Shown: positions 27,750 to 29,957 of the stretch, piece after piece
Numbering within the stretch: the first letter of the stretch is position 1
Layout of the letters: each line of letters opens with the position of its first letter
Source: a virus
Lineage: Duplodnaviria; Caudoviricetes
Reading direction: 5' to 3' (one strand)
Virus record (IMG/VR): IMGVR_UViG_3300020375_000005
Coordinates: 1 to 29,957 of that record
Length of the DNA: 29,957 bases
The notes under the pieces: model-generated
The model's database searches: none
What the model saw: the letters and a program-made list of their open reading frames with translations, nothing else
What the model was told of the DNA's origin: nothing
Made by a program: the position numbers and the translations under genes

Positions 27750-27929
27750 CTATTTAGAAAGAGCATTTTCATAGGCTTGAAGAATCTGGTCATCGACCTC
27801 ATTAGCAGTAGACTCAACAAGCCGCCGGAGCAAAATCACGATCACACGTTTTAAAAGCTCCTCGCTCAACATAGACATACACATGGTTTTCACAACGCCA
27901 CCAACAAGGGGGGCTAACAGTCCTATCAT
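27750..27929 (-). CDS. Small amphipathic lysis-region protein (59 aa)
   Basis: Not in the track. GGAGG RBS, ATGA overlap; MIGLLAPLVGGVVKTMCMSMLSEELLKRVIVILLRRLVESTANEVDDQILQAYENALSK. Confidence 0.75.
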   Translation of the reverse strand: MIGLLAPLVGGVVKTMCMSMLSEELLKRVIVILLRRLVESTANEVDDQILQAYENALSK

Positions 27930-28201
27930 TTTCCTCCGTTACTTCTAGCAATTAGTTGCCTGAATTGATCTAAGGCATGAGTGTTTGCATCCAGCGATTT
28001 AGACATATTATTCAATGCTGCATTACTATTCTCTGCGAGTTGAAAAATACGCTCATCATTTTCTGCATCCTGTTTTATGAATGACTCTCTTTCTCTCTGT
28101 GACCAAATATCTTTCTTGAAGATATAATAAAAGCTGGCCGCACACACAACCGATGGAACCCCAACTGTCTGTAATATTTCTAGCCATTCTGTGGTATTCA
28201 T
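27926..28201 (-). CDS. Putative holin-like protein (one TM helix plus coiled coil)
   Basis: LQTVGVPSVVCAASFYYIF followed by KK and a coiled coil, resembling the BhlA/YvrJ layout; two genes upstream of the endolysin. Confidence 0.55.
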   Translation of the reverse strand: MNTTEWLEILQTVGVPSVVCAASFYYIFKKDIWSQRERESFIKQDAENDERIFQLAENSNAALNNMSKSLDANTHALDQFRQLIARSNGGK

Positions 28202-28235
28202 TTATTTGCCTTCCTAGTTGATTGTTGTTAAGCAT

Positions 28236-28955
28236 TTATGGAGAATCTGTTGTAAGGACATTCCCCTTGTATTCAGTAATACGGTAAAATTCGGCTGACT
28301 GTTGATAAGTATAAGGCGCACCACTTTCAAACCCTTCAGGAGTTGCGTGTTGCCGCCGTAATTCCACATCTGATGTTCCTCCTCCTGTGGCATTCCCCGG
28401 TAAAGTCCATACACCTATATATGTGTTTGCGTTACTTCCTGCCACCCATGATGCCATAAGATTTACTCTTCCAGACCAAAAACCTGTAGTACCAGTTGCG
28501 GAGTCTGCATCTCTTGTTCCAAAAACGGCCCCTGTCAACCAAGTAGCTGGACTTCCGAGAGTTGCGTATCCCCTGTAATAAGAATCTTGACCTAACCATA
28601 TATTAGCAATATATTCAGACGGGGTTCCTGTTTCATTCTCTATGGTATAGAATCCTGAATATTCAATAGTATAAGTATTCCCTGATACTTGAGCAATTGT
28701 CTGATATTCAGAAAATATCATCCATTGCTTTGTATCATGGCCTTGAATACCATTCTCATACTTACGAATAACTCTTGTCGAAAGCTGTTGGCCTATGTTT
28801 ACGCCACCACCTCCTATTAAATTCCCACCAGCGGTGGAGTTATCATGCAAACGCAATTCGCCTAGATCGGTGTCAACAGAAAGTTCCCCATCTTTTCCCG
28901 TAAAAGAAGCGTGTTCCACCGTAGTACCACGCCGTATTTGTAATTCTTTAGCCAT
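28236..28955 (-). CDS. Short tail fibre / receptor-binding protein with Mtd_N-like anchor domain
   Basis: LQIRRGTT..FTGKDGELSVDTD..LRLHD..TAGG N-terminal fibre anchor; aromatic, beta-rich C-terminal domain. Confidence 0.78.
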   Translation of the reverse strand: MAKELQIRRGTTVEHASFTGKDGELSVDTDLGELRLHDNSTAGGNLIGGGGVNIGQQLSTRVIRKYENGIQGHDTKQWMIFSEYQTIAQVSGNTYTIEYSGFYTIENETGTPSEYIANIWLGQDSYYRGYATLGSPATWLTGAVFGTRDADSATGTTGFWSGRVNLMASWVAGSNANTYIGVWTLPGNATGGGTSDVELRRQHATPEGFESGAPYTYQQSAEFYRITEYKGNVLTTDSP

Positions 28956-28956
28956 G

Positions 28957-29172
28957 TTAAACCCTTTCTGAAATTTCCGAAATTTGTGAATCCCTAATTA
29001 AATCCCACACACTACCGCCCCCACACAGACCGCATCCTCCCCAGCATTTACCCCCACACTCCAAACCACCGCATAATCCTCCAGACTTGCCGCCACCTTT
29101 AGTTTTGATAACTGCATCCCTTCGCATTTCTTGGCCGCTGTATCCTTTTGTTTGTAATTGTGAAACAGACAT
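28957..29172 (-). CDS. Gly/Cys-rich small protein (71 aa)
   Basis: ATG at 29172, 5 nt after the upstream stop; ends 1 nt before the fibre ATG; core GGLCGGLECGGKCWGGCGLCGGG. Confidence 0.6.
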   Translation of the reverse strand: MSVSQLQTKGYSGQEMRRDAVIKTKGGGKSGGLCGGLECGGKCWGGCGLCGGGSVWDLIRDSQISEISERV

Positions 29173-29177
29173 AATAA

Positions 29178-29387
29178 TTACCACTTTCCTATTGGGCAAG
29201 TAACTCGCTTAATTTTTACTTTTAAAATCATAAAACATCCACACTTTTTACACGTTGAAGTTGCTTTAATAAAAGCAGGGCATTCGTTGCAGATTGCTAA
29301 TCTGCTTTTTATCTCATCCTCTGAGCTAAAATTCTTTGAAGCAAATTCTTTTCCCCTGTTCTTTAACCCTTCAAGGATTGCCCCCAT
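29178..29387 (-). CDS. Small Cys-rich protein (DUF6171-like)
   Basis: RLAICNECP..CKKCGCFM..K..CPIGKW; start moved to ATG 29387 behind a GGAGAGGT RBS. Confidence 0.78.
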   Translation of the reverse strand: MGAILEGLKNRGKEFASKNFSSEDEIKSRLAICNECPAFIKATSTCKKCGCFMILKVKIKRVTCPIGKW

Positions 29388-29574
29388 GCCACCTCTCCCA
29401 TTCAAAATCACCACCACCGTGATACTTATGTCCTTGCTGTTCCACTTTATTCACACAACGTAGACAGGCTAAAGTATTTGCACAATGTGATGTAAAAGTT
29501 AATGGCCGCCCCAAAGCGCAACCTCCTAGAAGTTCCGTATTCTCAGGAACATAAACAGATTCGGAATGTTTCAT
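29371..29574 (-). CDS. Small Cys/His-containing hypothetical protein (67 aa)
   Basis: ATGA overlap with the upstream gene; C..HC..CLRC. Confidence 0.6.
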   Translation of the reverse strand: MKHSESVYVPENTELLGGCALGRPLTFTSHCANTLACLRCVNKVEQQGHKYHGGGDFEWERWHGGNP

Positions 29575-29831
29575 TCACCCGGTAATACAACATTGGTAAT
29601 TTTATCATCCGCATCAAAAGTTACTTTATCGAATGGTATAAGCATTAGAATAAACTTTTCATCTGGATCAGTTAAAACTTCCGCAACACCATTAAATTCA
29701 TCGGTATCTTTTTCAACAAGTTCCCAAGTTCCATTATCGTAAACGTATGTGGTTGTGGGACATACTTCACCATCATTTTTGCACATGACCCCATCTTCTT
29801 GAGAACCATGTTCTACTATATAAATTGACAT
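29571..29831 (-). CDS. Small acidic hypothetical protein (86 aa)
   Basis: AAGGT RBS; directly follows the adhesin stop codon; could be a fibre assembly factor. Confidence 0.65.
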   Translation of the reverse strand: MSIYIVEHGSQEDGVMCKNDGEVCPTTTYVYDNGTWELVEKDTDEFNGVAEVLTDPDEKFILMLIPFDKVTFDADDKITNVVLPGE

Positions 29832-29838
29832 AATTACC

Positions 29839-29957
29839 TTACGTTATTGATCCACCTATTGTTCCATTATTAACAATAGTAACACTTGCATGAGAACCGC
29901 CTATTATTGCATCTCCTCCAATTTCCCCTAATCCTGTACCAATTGTACTTCCTGTTG
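29839..29957 (-). CDS. C-terminal end of a Gly-rich adhesin / tail fibre (T-even gp38-like ending), runs in from the right edge
   Basis: Manual translation ..TGSTIGTGLGEIGGDAIIGGSHASVTIVNNGTIGGSIT*; the GG.AI.G..NNGTI.G ending resembles polyglycine adhesins. Only 38 residues are visible. Confidence 0.55.
   Translation of the reverse strand, partial: TGSTIGTGLGEIGGDAIIGGSHASVTIVNNGTIGGSIT

Larger units (their letters stand above)
1..29957 (-). mobile_element. Tailed phage genome segment (podovirus-like); both ends truncated
   Basis: Contiguous, same-strand, tightly overlapping terminase-portal-scaffold-capsid-tail-ejection, lysis and replication genes; no cellular housekeeping genes. Free phage versus prophage cannot be decided because no integrase or att site is visible. 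Confidence 0.96.

Noticed and set aside
19863-27752. Genome-wide TAG recoding
   Set aside because: TAG ends the adaptor, scaffold and 54-aa lipoprotein genes right at the next gene boundary, and long genes are intact in the standard code.
28214-28414. 66-aa alternative-frame ORF at the end of the fibre gene
   Set aside because: Almost wholly inside the fibre CDS, with no RBS or recognisable features.
28236-28955. Diversity-generating retroelement suggested by the Mtd_N-like domain
   Set aside because: No reverse transcriptase, no template/variable repeat pair differing at adenines, and no evident C-type lectin ending in the window; Mtd_N is a generic fibre anchor.

Overview
This window is an internal 30 kb segment of a tailed dsDNA phage, most consistent with a short-tailed podovirus (no tape measure or sheath gene; adaptor and nozzle genes followed by ejection proteins). 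All credible genes lie on the minus strand. In transcription order (right to left): the end of a Gly-rich adhesin gene, a low-GC cluster of small mostly Cys-rich ORFs, an Mtd_N-type short fibre, a five-gene lysis cassette (M15 peptidase endolysin plus two lipoproteins), TerL, portal, scaffold, major capsid, adaptor, nozzle, and five ejection/internal virion genes ending in a 2173-aa polyvalent protein. A sigma70-like promoter then precedes a replication/recombination operon: Zn-ribbon protein, RusA, YqaJ exonuclease, Sak4-like ATPase, DUF669 SSB, HNH nuclease and a truncated primase-helicase-like gene. Six genes absent from the ORF track were found by manual translation. Main leads: (1) an ADP-ribosyltransferase-like domain with low-GC inserts, apparently nested inside a zincin metallopeptidase in the giant protein; (2) a Zn-ribbon protein with a SutA-like RNA-polymerase-binding motif; (3) a nested duplication in the nozzle; (4) tandem paralogous ejection genes; (5) a Gly/Cys micro-protein cluster beside the adhesin; (6) an atypical lysis cassette with a possible amber read-through. 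Family assignments come from motif recognition by eye; no database search was run. I saw no tRNA, rRNA, CRISPR array, integrase, DNA polymerase or reverse transcriptase.
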